From assembly GCF_000400465.1 (NCBI RefSeq), contig NW_008806284.1:20001-82000 (forward strand): DNA of 62,000 nucleotides, in the 5' to 3' direction. Both the position numbers and the translations under genes were made by a program. This DNA comes from Wallemia ichthyophaga EXF-994. Taxonomy: Eukaryota; Fungi; Basidiomycota. Shown piece by piece: positions 22,171 to 34,138 of the stretch (positions are counted from its first letter, which is position 1; the number at the start of each line of letters is the position of its first letter). The notes under the pieces were generated by a model, which worked only from the letters and a program-made list of their open reading frames with translations, did not search any database and had not been told where the DNA came from.

Positions 22171-23432
22171 GACTATTTTAGAGGTTTGTCTTTATAAATT
22201 CTGTTTTCAAATAGTTTCATTTTGTGGCTCTGGACAACATTGTGAAACATTGAACAACTTTTAAACAGTGCACAAAATGGATCTCATGTCAGATAATAAT
22301 AAAAAACAATGTGAAACTACGGCCTATATTGTATTTACTTAGGCATTTTAATTTACATAATTACACCTCAAACGTATGAACGACATTCAGCACGCTCAAA
22401 TGAAATCAAAGCCGATGATGAATTGTGCTACAGGTGAATCAGCGAAAGCTGTAAAAACAATTCATTAGTCACGTGTTGTCGAATATATGTCATTCTTTCG
22501 CTCACTCATTGAACTGCTTGTGTACACGCAATCAGAGTGTGCGAATGCAGCGCCCTGTAGAAAAGAAAGTTCCACGTGTTTCTAACATGAATTTCTTTTG
22601 CTAGATGAGAGAGAAAGTGAAATGGTAGGTCTTCTTAGTTACAGCTCACACTTAGCTCTGTGAACGCTACGAAACAGAAAGCAAAACACGCGTCTGGAAA
22701 CTTAGCGTACTCCGGTGATTAAAAATTTAAAATTTGAAGCTTGGCGCTTTGTAATTTGACAGCAGAGGATGTTAACAGTACAATGGCGGCCTAGTGGCGG
22801 ACAATAAATCGGACTCCAAGTGGAGGTGAGTCCTAGATGATCGGTAATCCGACTACTTCAACTTCTGGCGCAGGCTAGTAATTAAATAGAAAAATCTGTA
22901 CCCAAAACATACACAAGCTCTTGTATATCTGTTGATAGAAGCCTGCGTAAACACCTTTGGCTAACGAAATGCTTGTTGATTAGGTCTCACAATTTAAGCA
23001 GGATAGTCAGCAAGAGATGTTTCAGAACCGCTGGCTGAAACACCTGCATGAAGGCTTTACACAAGCGAGGAATGTGTCCTGCTGGCCAAGAAGGCATCCA
23101 GGAAACCTGGATCTGCTATATACAGAATTTGTAATCGTGACGTTAAGACGTGCATAAAGGTAGCATGTACAGTCTACAGCGTGACACGTCCACTTTACTT
23201 ATACAGACCAGCTCAGCATGAGTCCCTTGCCCATTACATCGCTACGTATCAAGTTTTCATCAAACATTTTTCTTGTTATCCACAGTATCTCTAACAGCTG
23301 GGTAAATATGCTCTTTCCTTTCTTATCTCACTGCAAAAGATTTGGTATACGTTCTCGACCAGGTATATTATGTTTTGAATGTTACAAGAAAAATTTACGA
23401 TCGCCATCGTCGATATTTCCAACAATCAGCAC

Positions 23433-25258
23433 TCAACACTCAGACACAGATACCGGTATCTTCACCGACGTGGCCAGACCGGCGAGAGAAGTCTCCTTGA
23501 GCTGCGTACTCATCAGCGCGGCCGTCTCACGCATAGCATTGATGGCCATATCAAACGAGACAACGTGTTCGCCGTTGGTGGAGAGAGCTAGCTGAGCGGC
23601 ACTGATAGACTTGACGGCGCCGAGGTAGTTGCGCTCAATGCATGGCACCTGCACGAGACCGTGAGGAATATCGCCTGTGATGAGAGTTAAGAGTGAGCAA
23701 AATAAGACATTCACAAATTCCCTTTAAACTCACAAGTAAGGCCTAAGAAATGCTCTATTCCACACTCAGCCGCCTGGAGTATCTCCTTGGTGCTGCCTCC
23801 ATTGAGCGCCGCGAATCCTGCCGCCGCCATAGACGTAGCACTTCCGACCTCCCCCATGCACCCTGCCTCTGCGGCACTGATTGAAGCACCACGACGTATG
23901 AGCATGGCTATTGCTGCGCTGGTGAGGAGGAACTGTTGCATGTCGGTGTGTGCATCGTGGGATAGGAACTCCAGATAATATTTCAATACCGCCGGTATCA
24001 CACCAGCACTGCCCATAGTGGGGGATGTTACCAGTCGCGCCCCACATGCATTAGCCTCCATCACCGCTATCGAGTAACACATGAGGAAATCTATGGTTTT
24101 CACTTCGTTGTTCCGACGCGGCGGGATAGGGGGTAGGGGATGGGAAATGTTGCCGTGAATCTGTGGAGTGTTTTGCGCGTCTTGGCTGCTTCGCCTATAT
24201 AGCCCGCTCTGTAGCCTACTGTACAACATCTTCCCGCGCTTCTTCACCTTCATTGGGCCGGGCAAATACTCCTCGTTGGCGGATATCCCATTGAGGATGC
24301 TGTCGTCCATTGCGTGCCAGATAGTCGTTAGCTTTGCGTCAATCTCCTCGGGCGTGTACCACGTCAGCTCGTTGTTGTAGACTATCTGCGCAATGGTGAG
24401 GTTGTGCGTTGCGCACAGCTGGAGCAGTTCGTCACCCGTGTGGAAAGGGAAGGGGACTTCTTTGGGTGTGCCTGATGCGCTCGCACCATCCCCGCCCTCC
24501 TCTACCACCTGCACCTCGCGTCTCGACCTATCCACCTCATCCTTCTTGATCGCCTTGTAGAAGACATTCTCCGTGATCTCGGTGTTGTCGTGCACGACGA
24601 ACCCGCCGCCGATCGAGTAGAAGGTGTTAGTGGCGAGCAGATCACCCGACTCAGCGAAAACGCTAATCTGCATCGCGTTCGGATGGCGTGGGAGTGCCTC
24701 GTCCATCCGCCAGTTGATGTCCTTGTGTATATCGAAGGTGACCTTCTTTGTCTGAGAGTTCTCACTGCGCAGCTCAATCGCGCGCTCCTTCTCCACCTTC
24801 TCGAACTTGCCAGGAAGCGTGTTTACATCCATACTCATATCCTCTGGATCGAATCCCTGAAGCCCCCAGCAAATTGCCTTGTCGGTCATGTGCCCACCGC
24901 CAGTCAGGGCTAGCGAGCCATACAGCGTTATTTTCAGCGAGTGCACCTTAGATAGCACCCCGGAATCAGTTAAATCGTTCACGAATATACGCGCTGCGCG
25001 TAACGGTCCGCATGTGTGCGAGCTTGATGGTCCAATCCCAATTGAGAAGAGATCGAAAGTCGATATGACGGCGTGTTCTGTTTTGGGCGTGGTGGTTTGT
25101 GAGTCTGGTGGGTTGGTTGAGGTAGTTGTGCTGTCCGCAACGTCTGCCAGCCACCTCACACGCTGTGAAGCTACTGAAGAACGCAGTGGTTGTGCGCGTG
25201 GGCCCGGGATTTTCAGCATCCTTCCAGCCGCTAAGCTCCTTCTCATCAAAGTCATCAT
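23433..25258 (-). CDS. Iron-sulfur-dependent L-serine dehydratase (bacterial SdaA/SdaB type, fused beta+alpha) with a mitochondrial-type presequence, 2 exons
   Basis: [72 protein letters not shown]|[16 protein letters not shown]; Arg/Ser-rich N-terminus. Confidence 0.93.
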
Positions 25259-25437
25259 AGTTTTTATTCAAATCAACGCCCGCATTTTTTGCTCTAATCT
25301 CACTTTGCAATTCACCTGATAAGCATATCGCGCTAGCCCGCTATAGGCGAGTGGATACAGAAATAGAAATAACATCTCGAGCGACATGTACCATGCATTG
25401 AAATCTACCAAGTATTTAACTACTTTTACAAATAAAC

Positions 25438-26125
25438 TTACTTGGCAGAGATAATACCTGAGGAAAATTTGTCAGCTAGAGTGAAAAACTTCAAACAACC
25501 CAAACACACCATCAAAACGTTGCTTGAACCAAGCTTGAGCTTCCTCCTTCTTGACCTTGTGCTGGAAGCCAATCTTGTTGTTGCGAGACTTACGCTTAGC
25601 AACGCGGTAACCAGGGCGGGAGATGACGACGTAGAAGTCAGCACCGAAGATACCAATACCTGGGTCATACTTGATACCCAAATCGATGTGCTCGTCGACA
25701 CCGAAACCAAAGTTACCAGTTTCACTAAAGTTACCCTTCTTAAGCTCGTACTCCTTAACCTTAAGGCCACGCTCTAAGATTTCCTCAGCCTTTGGACCTC
25801 TAACGGTAACGTGGCAAGCGATCTTTTCGTTACGACGGATACCGAAGGTACGGACGGTGTAGCGTGCCTTTGAGGTGACTGGAGTTTGACCAGTGAGTTG
25901 CTCAAGGACCTTTGCTGCACGAGTGAGTCTGTCACCGGATTCACCAACGGAAATGTCTGCGAGTGCGCGTTAGCTGTGAGCGGTGTACGATAACGATTAT
26001 TTACTGATGACGAGCTTTTCAACGCGAAGCTCCTTCATTTGGTTGCTTGGTGCAGTTGACTCGGCCTGTTTGGATTATATTTGTCAGTCTACAGTTTTAT
26101 ACTGCGTTTCACTCCAATTCACCAT
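25438..26125 (-). CDS. RPL11: 60S ribosomal protein L11 (uL5), 4 exons
   Basis: ATG|...[13 protein letters not shown]|[21 protein letters not shown]...[18 protein letters not shown]...QRFD|GIISAK*. Confidence 0.96.
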
Positions 26126-26184
26126 TTCGATTTTTAACGTCGCTGAGCTCGAGTTGCGATAGACGAAATTCTCAAGCAAACGAG

Positions 26185-26195
26185 CTGAAAAAATT
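26185..26195. promoter_or_regulatory. RRPE-like element CTGAAAAAATT, 60 bp upstream of the RPL11 ATG
   Basis: An identical 11-mer lies 59 bp upstream of the RPL2 start (44523-44533); it resembles the RRPE consensus TGAAAAWTTTT. Confidence 0.5.
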
Positions 26196-26423
26196 ACAAA
26201 TCTTATTTATCACTGGGGGTATAATATTCGGGGTGATAGATGGTCTATTAATGCGTGTATACCTTTCATTTCCCCCTTTCTCCAATTTTCAACGACTCGT
26301 AAAGTCTTCTCGACAGCCATTTCATCCGATTTGAACAGAACCTGTATTATAAATTACATTCATGTATTGTACAATTCATTGTCTTTGCAATCCCCCGCTG
26401 GTCTTATCCACAACCCAGGCTGC

Positions 26424-26940
26424 TCACTCACCCTCGCTCCCCCTCGAGGTTGACGGAATGAGGGAGAAGTTAGGCGCTGTGAGTCTATGCCTTGGTGGGG
26501 GCATTCTAGGACCATATGACTCTGGCAGCGGCGGCAGCGGACGCGAGTTAAGTGTCTGCGAGAGTTCAAGGAGGTACTATCAAATAAGTCAATCTCAACA
26601 CTCAAGTCGAAAACAACGTCCACTCACTTCCTTAGGTGGCGCGAGAGAGAATTGGTGGTTTGATTTCACAGATATCGCCATCTCAACATCACCAAGCTCA
26701 ACACCGCCATGACCATTCCTGCCGGCGTACTCTGCATAAACTAGCGAATCTGATAATATCTCGTGCGTGTACCCTATAATATGTTAGAGTTTCCTGTGGT
26801 ATTCGACTCGACCTCCACCCACTGTTGGAGAAGTCAAGCAACATATGGATCGTTGCTGGTGGTGCATCGTTTATCCCCTTGGATGCGAGCATAAGCGATA
26901 TCAGATGCGCTGTTCTTGGTGTTGGCTTGTTGTCCGCCAT
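26424..26940 (-). CDS. TAF9: TFIID/SAGA subunit Taf9, 3 exons
   Basis: PRTAHLISLMLASKGI...IHMLLDFSN|RYTRDI...FSRAPPKE|..LNSRPLPPLPESYGPRMPP..RLTAPNF. Confidence 0.9.
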
Positions 26941-28104
26941 TGGTGATGGTTTTGGAGAGGGATGACAAGGTCGTTAGTGAGCACTAGGAGAATCGCATTG
27001 CTTTCTCAAGAGTATTGCTATTATAATCATTCAACTTAAAAGCTACACCTGGTATTTAGCAGCTAGACACAAGATGCAATGGCAACTCATGCCTGAATGG
27101 CATAAACCCTACCTTGCCTGATGGATTTTACCGTGTGAGCATCCAGACAGTGGCTCTACCAACAGTAATCATTCTCGAAATTGTATAACTACGTAATCCC
27201 CGCTCTATCCATCGGCACACAACTTAGGAGGCTTTACTTGATCAAAGGTTTGCGCTACAGACATTACATCCGCGATTTACAATAGTTACTTTGTCAAAAA
27301 TTCGATTCACAAGTATAAATCCACTCGTCGCGATTTTTCTGTTGGTTTATGGTTAGTTGGGAGATTGAGTAGAGTGAATGTCGAAAACTGTCGAATCAAT
27401 CACAATATCGATTCTCATATCGAGTATAGTGACCTTTTATCCAACAACGCATCAATTCTCAGTTGTCTCAAATTTGCACATGTTTCTATTTCGTACGGAG
27501 TGGGCAGTATGAAAAGTCGCATAAATGAAATTTCCGCGTGTTTATACATCACTGTTCATATCTGTGAAGGCAAAATCATTCATGTTTACCGGTGAAAATC
27601 CGAGTTCGACACAACAACTCTTGTGAGTCTCCGAAACACATTGGGATTGTTGAGCTCGCTGTTGCAGCTTTGAAGCATGGAAAAGGGGCTAATCTCAACT
27701 CGCTCAAGACTGTAGGAGTTAGCCCTATAAATCATAAGAGCCCATGTAAACTAAATCAACTTGTATTTCTCAAAATAACATGGAGACATTGCTTGCAAGC
27801 TTTTCAAGAAATCAAATCTCATGACTTCAATGAAAGTTGTAAATTGCAGTAGATGACAAACAAAATATTTTCAAGCTGTTTACTCGAAATTAACAGAGAT
27901 GTTCATTACACACCGATGATGTCTTGATTTCAACTCGCAAAGCAGCTAATATTCTCAAGTTACTCCACAAAAGGAACGCCAAGTGGGGGAAGACATCATC
28001 GGAGGAGCAAAGATATCACACAAATAGCATCTGACGTGTGCTGTCTACATATAACGTATAGTATTTTGTATTTATGAAAATTGGTTTCTTACACTCAAAC
28101 GGTG

Positions 28105-28906
28105 ATGATGCTCTGGAGATGTTGTTGGCGGCGGAGGAAAGACAGCAATGATATAAACAACTCCGAGCAGGATGAGCGTACGCGGTTGCTGGACAATGAA
28201 GGAGGTGGTACTAGTGGTGGTGGATCTACGTGAGTTCACAAACCGCTAACACACACCCACTCACCCTTAGTAAATCAGTTACAGCCCAGCGCTACCACCA
28301 GCCACACCAAGCTACAGTCGAAGCCACAGCCATGCTCCCGACTCACAAACCACTGAGAACGACAAGGACACAGCGTCGCTTAACGATATAGTCAGCAAGG
28401 CTTCAGAACAAATGGTCAACATCACAAACTCCAATTCCTCTCTTAAAGCTGCAACGAGCATCCATAGCCTCAGGGATCTTAATTGCCTGTCTAACTGGCT
28501 GCAAGGTGATCCAATCAAGCTGGATAAGGCAACAGACCGCGAACAGGAGCTCATCAAAGATACAGCTTCTGGTCTAGCTGAAGTGTTTGAAAATGCGTTC
28601 GATTTCTCGCTCTCACAGTCAAATAGCGAGGCTAGCTCGAGGAGAGGGAGCATGAAGAGTGAGGGGATTGACGATAAGGGTGGTATTGGTAGTGGTAGCA
28701 AGAGCAACAGCAGGCCTAATAGCATTAACAACAACACCACCACTAACACTACCATCAACTCCTCTGAACAGCACGGTTTGTCATTCAATCAACGCCGTTT
28801 ATCGTTAGATGAACAATCAATGCATGAAGAGTTTGAGAATACACCAAGACAGACACTATCATCAACGCCACGCAATACACACAATACACGCGACAACGTT
28901 TCTTAG
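28105..28906 (+). CDS. LAMTOR1/Ego1(Meh1)-like vacuolar anchor, 2 exons
   Basis: N-terminus MMLWRCCWRRR (palmitoylation-type Cys pair), dileucine-like DERTRLL, and LNDIVSKASEQMVNIT resembling the LAMTOR helix. The intron gtgagt...taaatcag is phase-consistent. Confidence 0.6.
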
Positions 28907-28909
28907 TTT

Positions 28910-29858
28910 TTACTCCGTCAACATTCTATACCCCTCGTAATACTTGTCGGCGGTTTTATTGACAATATCTTCCGGTATAACTGGTCCGACTGGGCTGTTC
29001 TTGTCGAAACCAACAGATTTCAACCAGTCACGTACATATTGCTTGTCGAATGAGTCAACACCCTTACCAACTTGGTAACCCGCCACTGGCCAGAAGCGTG
29101 AGCTGTCTGGGGTGAGAATCTCGTCAACGACGAGTAGGTTACCCTGTGCGTCCACACCGAATTCCAACTTGGTGTCTGCCAAGATGATTCCCTTGGTTGA
29201 GGCATACTCAGACGCCGACAAGTATATCTTGATAGCAGCCTCCTCGATTCTTTTAGCGAGTGGTTGTGGAATTAGCTTTCGGTACTCTTCTAGTGAGATA
29301 TTCTCGTCGTGATCGCCTTGATCTGCCTTTGTGGAGGGAGTGAAGAGAGGGTGGTCGAATTTTTCACTTTCTTGCATACCAGATTTAACAGGAGCGCCAT
29401 TGACAGTGCCAGATTTCTTATACTCGCTCCACGCTGAACCAGTAATGTAACCTCTGACGATGGCTTCGATTTTGACAATATCGCACTTCTTTACCTGCAG
29501 AGTGCGATCTTTAAGGGAGTCTATGGCGCTTGCAGGGAGGCCCATTTTCTCTACATTCTTCTCTAGCAAGTGATGGCCGACGTGGGTGCCGTCGCTGAGA
29601 ATAATCGGGAAAAGCTTATCGAACCAGAAAGTGGAAAGTTGAGTGAGCAGCCTGCCCTTATTTGGGATGCCCTGGGTGAGTTAGCAGGCGCACAGCCATA
29701 CACACACTACTCACACTCGACAAGATAACGTCAAATGCAGAAATCCTATCCGTAGCGACGAAGAGGAGTGTGTCATTGTAGTCGTAAAGATCCCGCACTT
29801 TCCCAGTTGAAATCTTTTTAAACTCTTTTAAATCGGTGGATGTAATCGGCGCTTCCAT
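28910..29858 (-). CDS. ADE1: SAICAR synthetase, 2 exons
   Basis: [94 protein letters not shown]. Confidence 0.96.
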
Positions 29859-29896
29859 TGGTGGTCTTGTTGAAACAACCAACACAACTCATCGTA

Positions 29897-30583
29897 ATGG
29901 GGGAATATGAATATTTTGGATTCGATTTGAGTTTCTTATCGAGTATTTTGGGTGTGTTTATCATCGTCGGCAGCAGCTTAATCAAGCTACCACAGCTGTA
30001 CACGCTTTATCGCACTGGATCGAGTAATGGACTCAGTTTGAGTGCCTTCTCATTAGAAGCAGTGGCGTACTTTATAAACTACGTCTACGGATACTCTCAT
30101 TCATACCCATTCACGACATACGGCGAGAATCTCACACTGACATTCCAAAACATAGCCATTATAGGGTGTATAATGCGAAGAAAGGTGTATACTGTAATAT
30201 TCGCAGCAATCACTTTCTCATTCCTACTCACCCCGAAACCGCTAATCGACATGACATTCCAACTGTCGATTCCACTCAGTCTGGCGAGCAAACTACCACA
30301 AATACACGCCAACCACCGCAACGCTTCGACTGGATCGCTCTCTCCTATCACTACACTCGCTCAGCTCGGCGGGTGCTGCGTGCGCGTCTTGACCAGTGTG
30401 CATAATGCCGGCGACATACCCATGACTATCTCCTTCGCTGGAGCTGCCCTCTTAAATGGCATCCTCCTCGCTCAAATTGTCCTGTACGCGCGCAATCGCA
30501 GTGTTTACTTACCATCACATACCGCGCAAATTTTACACCCCTCCAATACCAACGAAAAGAGTGGGAAGAGCAGACGTGATTAG
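29897..30583 (+). CDS. PQ-loop membrane protein, MPDU1/Lec35-like
   Basis: LGVFIIVGSSLIKLPQL, GLSLSAFSLE, YPFTTYGENL, SKLPQIHAN...STGSLS (two PQ loops). First ATG at 29897. Confidence 0.85.
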   Translation: MGEYEYFGFDLSFLSSILGVFIIVGSSLIKLPQLYTLYRTGSSNGLSLSAFSLEAVAYFINYVYGYSHSYPFTTYGENLTLTFQNIAIIGCIMRRKVYTVIFAAITFSFLLTPKPLIDMTFQLSIPLSLASKLPQIHANHRNASTGSLSPITTLAQLGGCCVRVLTSVHNAGDIPMTISFAGAALLNGILLAQIVLYARNRSVYLPSHTAQILHPSNTNEKSGKSRRD

Positions 30584-30809
30584 AAGGCTGTTTGTAAAGG
30601 TATAAAATTCGCATTGCATAATACACTACGACAAAAGGAAAAAGCATCAAACAACTCAAATAAGCAATCCAACGTATTCAAGTTACAATATAGAAATTTC
30701 ATCCAAATTAGTGTGTGTGTGACTTTGTATATAAATGCGTAGTATGTACTATCTATAATCAGGAAGAAAGGTGAGCAAAAAGAGTGAAAGTATCTATCCT
30801 CAGACGCCA

Positions 30810-33007
30810 TCAAGTGTCTGGCGCGAACTTGGACATGGAGCGCAGCTTACTGATATTGTATTGTTAGTATAGTCCACACCTACGCACATCAACTCACGGT
30901 CCAAATTTGATCAGTCCGAACGGAATAAAAGACAAGAGAATGGCGAGACATCCCAACAACGTCGATGCCCATCTGGGATTGAGGCGTTCGAACATCTGTG
31001 CCGCAAAGAGTGGGAATCCAGCGCCGAAAGCGGATCTGAATGGGATGTGAATGTGAGTAAAGGTGTCCAAAAATGCCCTAAGACAGTCTCAAAAACACTC
31101 CACCCACCTAATAACAGTGTTTGCAGCGAGTGCCGAACCTGCTGACCAAAGATACGTGTCGATAATGTAGTTGAAGAGGGAGAGGAAAACGAAGAGGATA
31201 CCTATTCCTATGAGAGAAGTGGCTATGAGGGGCGACCAGAACGATATGCTGGGGTAGCTAGTCCACCCAAACCAGAAGAAGGCAATGGCGAAGACTATGC
31301 CACCCAATGCGCCAGGGTACAGTCTCATCTCTGGATCAGGCAGCTTAGGGGCGGTTTTTTCGAGTGCCTTGGTGTATCTGAACGACATACCAGTAAGAAA
31401 CAGTTGCCCCACTCGTGTTCTCGCTACTCACTGTGGGTTAAAGTAGAGAATATTGATGGTGCATGCGATGAAACCTCCAATGAACAGCGGCAGGAACATC
31501 AATCCTTGTATGCCCTTATTGAAACCGTGTCCTGGGGCACCATATACGAACGGGAAACTGTTGCAATGAGTTAGTTTGGTGCGTCCAAACGCAAGCCCTA
31601 ACTCACGACTCGAAGAGGAGATAGAGAATACCATAAACGAAGCTCATGAAGAGTGTCAAAGCAGAGAGCATTGGCTCATAAGCGAGGAGAATAAACGGCT
31701 TGAAAATGGTATTGTGGATGGTGCTCTTGAAATCCGTTTTGCGGAGGTCGAGCGGAGATTTGTACCTGTCATCGCCCGTCTCCTTACGCTTCTGCTTGGC
31801 AATGCGTGCTAGGAGGGCAGGAGCGTATGTCTCGGGCAAGACTAATCCCAGGAGAAGAGTGCAGAAGCCGGCGAAAGCAAAGAGAGCCCAAAAGAGTATG
31901 CGCCAGTCAGCGCCCGCTGCAGCTATAAAGCCTGATATGACGGGGGCTATGGCGGGGCCGGCGAAGGGGGCGAGAGCGAAAACAGACATGGCTGGGCACC
32001 GTGTGTTAGTTGATACAATAGGTGTCTTATGCATGCGTACCAATTCCGCGTGCTGTTTTTGTTCAAGTCAGTAAGTTCTCATTTAAACATAACAACTCCA
32101 ACCCACTCTTGGGGTCCCAGAGGTCACTGATGACAGCACCGCAGACAACCAGCGGCGATGCACCTGTGTAGAGGTATATTTCAATAAAAGGGTCATTCAC
32201 TCAGCATCAACACCTACCGAAACAACCTGTAAGGAAACGAAACACAAGAATAGAGCCGGTGTTGGGTGAGAGCGCGCAACCGATAGTAAGTAAGGTATAA
32301 GGAATGAAAGCCATCAGCATGCCATTTTTACGCCCAAGGGTGGTTTCCGAGAGAGGGCCCCAGAGAAGGGGACCGACAGTGTAACCCGCGACGAAGAGAC
32401 TAACGGCGAGAGTAGCGACCTCGCGGGAGAAACCAAACTCGGCCATTAGTTCTTGTGAGATGCCCGACGGTGCACTACTTGAGAAGGTGGAGTTGAGGAC
32501 GAGTAGGCCAGCAATGAAGGTTAGGAGCCAGCGATAATTAGTGTTCCAGTTTTTGGGATTGCGCGTATCACCATCGTCGAACTTGTCGATCATGAATGGA
32601 TCACTCTTCTCCTCCTCAATAACCTCCTCGGCATCCTCGCCAATGTCGCTGTGGCTGCCGCGTTCGACGTCTTTGCCGAATGCGATGTCGGGGGGGAGGA
32701 CTAGGTCAGTGGCGCCGGCTAGCTCAGCCCCGACACTCGGCAATGGCACACTATCCCTGCGTAGCCCCTTCAAGCTGTCATTCGTCGGCGTTGGATAGAG
32801 ACTGCCTGCGGAAGACTTGCGGTTAATGGATCTGTTGCGTTTAATGGAGGATTGTCGTGCGAAGTTGGCGTCTGGCAGGGTAACTGAGTGGTTGATTGGT
32901 GGTTTAGTTGGTGGATGTTGTAGTGGCTGTTGTGGTTGTTGTGGCTGCTCTGGATGCTGTGGTTGCCTTTGCTGCTGCTGCTCTATCTGCTTCTCATTAT
33001 CAACCAT
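30810..33007 (-). CDS. MFS drug:H+ antiporter (DHA1/TPO-like), about 7 exons including a 12-nt micro-exon (32052-32041)
   Basis: NPKNW, LFVAGYTVGPLLWGPLSE, FRFLTGCFG, DLWDPK|TRGI|AMSVFALAPFAGP, LPETYAP, LAANTVIR, AGFPLF...ASTLLG, FGP|KLRSMSKFAPDT*. Confidence 0.92.
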
Positions 33008-33321
33008 TCCTAGTTTAAATTGAAATTGAAATTGAGACTGTTATATAAATAGGATGTTGCAGTTACACTCAAAGAACTGCGACCGTCATTTTACCGGATA
33101 TATGTATTGGAGACATGGACCCAATGGCGGGGCCGTAGAGCGTTCTATCGGCGTTGATTGTGGGGATGTGTGGGATGTTTGGGATGTTTATGTGTGTCAA
33201 TTCCATACTGGCACTCCTCCCACTCCTCCCACTTTCGCCGGATTTGATTTGATAAATTGAAATTCTTACGCACGAGAGGTAAGATACGTGCGTAAACAAG
33301 CACCACGACAAGAACCACCAA

Positions 33322-34017
33322 ATGTACCATCTTCTTCGAGGACTCTACACAGAGCTCACACGGCAGACAGAGTACTCGATACTGGTTATTGGTTTGAATG
33401 GCAGTGGCAAGACGACGTTCGTTGAGCATGCTAAAGAGATGTACACAGGCAAGCCACGCTACGAATCTGGTCCAACGATAGGCCAGAATGGTGAGAATAG
33501 ATTTGGTATCTAGATAAACATTATAACACCTCATTCAGTCGTAAAATTACCCGTCAGTAACACTATCCTCCATTTCTGGGATCTCGGTGGTTCATCGGAA
33601 TTTACAAATCTGTGGGATAGGTACTATGGTGACGCACAGGCTGTACTGTTCTTTATAGATGGCACGGACACTCAACGATTGAAAGAAAGTTGGGAGATAT
33701 TCGAGACACTGAAAACACACAGTGATCTACAAGGCATACCAATAGTAGTGTGTGCAACTAAACAGGATAAACAAGGTGCCATGTCTGCAGCTGATATTGA
33801 GAAAAAGTTCATCGACTACTCAAACAATACGCCTAATATACCTTACACCAGTCTAAGCAGCTTGAGTGAGAGGCTGGAGAACAGTCACAGTCATAGCAAT
33901 CAACACAACGACGATAAACGCAATCTAATCCTCAACCTCGTCAACACTGATCAGTCATCGATTAAGAGCGTAATTGATGCTTTGTTTGTGAGAGTACAAA
34001 CGTCTCCGAGGGGTTGA
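33322..34017 (+). CDS. ARL3: ARF-related GTPase ARFRP1/Arl3-like, 2 exons
   Basis: MYHLLRGLY, ILVIGLNGSGKTT, PTIGQN|, FWDLGG, LWDRYY, FFIDGTDTQRL. Confidence 0.85.
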
Positions 34018-34138
34018 GAGAGGTATGAACACGAATTATGAATACAGGATTTGAACAGTTTTAACGAAATATAAACACAACACGTAAACACAGTTATAAA
34101 CATACATATGATATAAACACACTAAACAATCCCGCAAT

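Noticed and set aside
22412-22500. ATGATGA box-C-like motif
   Set aside because: No downstream CTGA box D or rRNA-complementary guide at a suitable distance.
23218-23595. 125-aa plus-strand ORF
   Set aside because: Its 3' part is antisense to the serine dehydratase last exon; no independent support.
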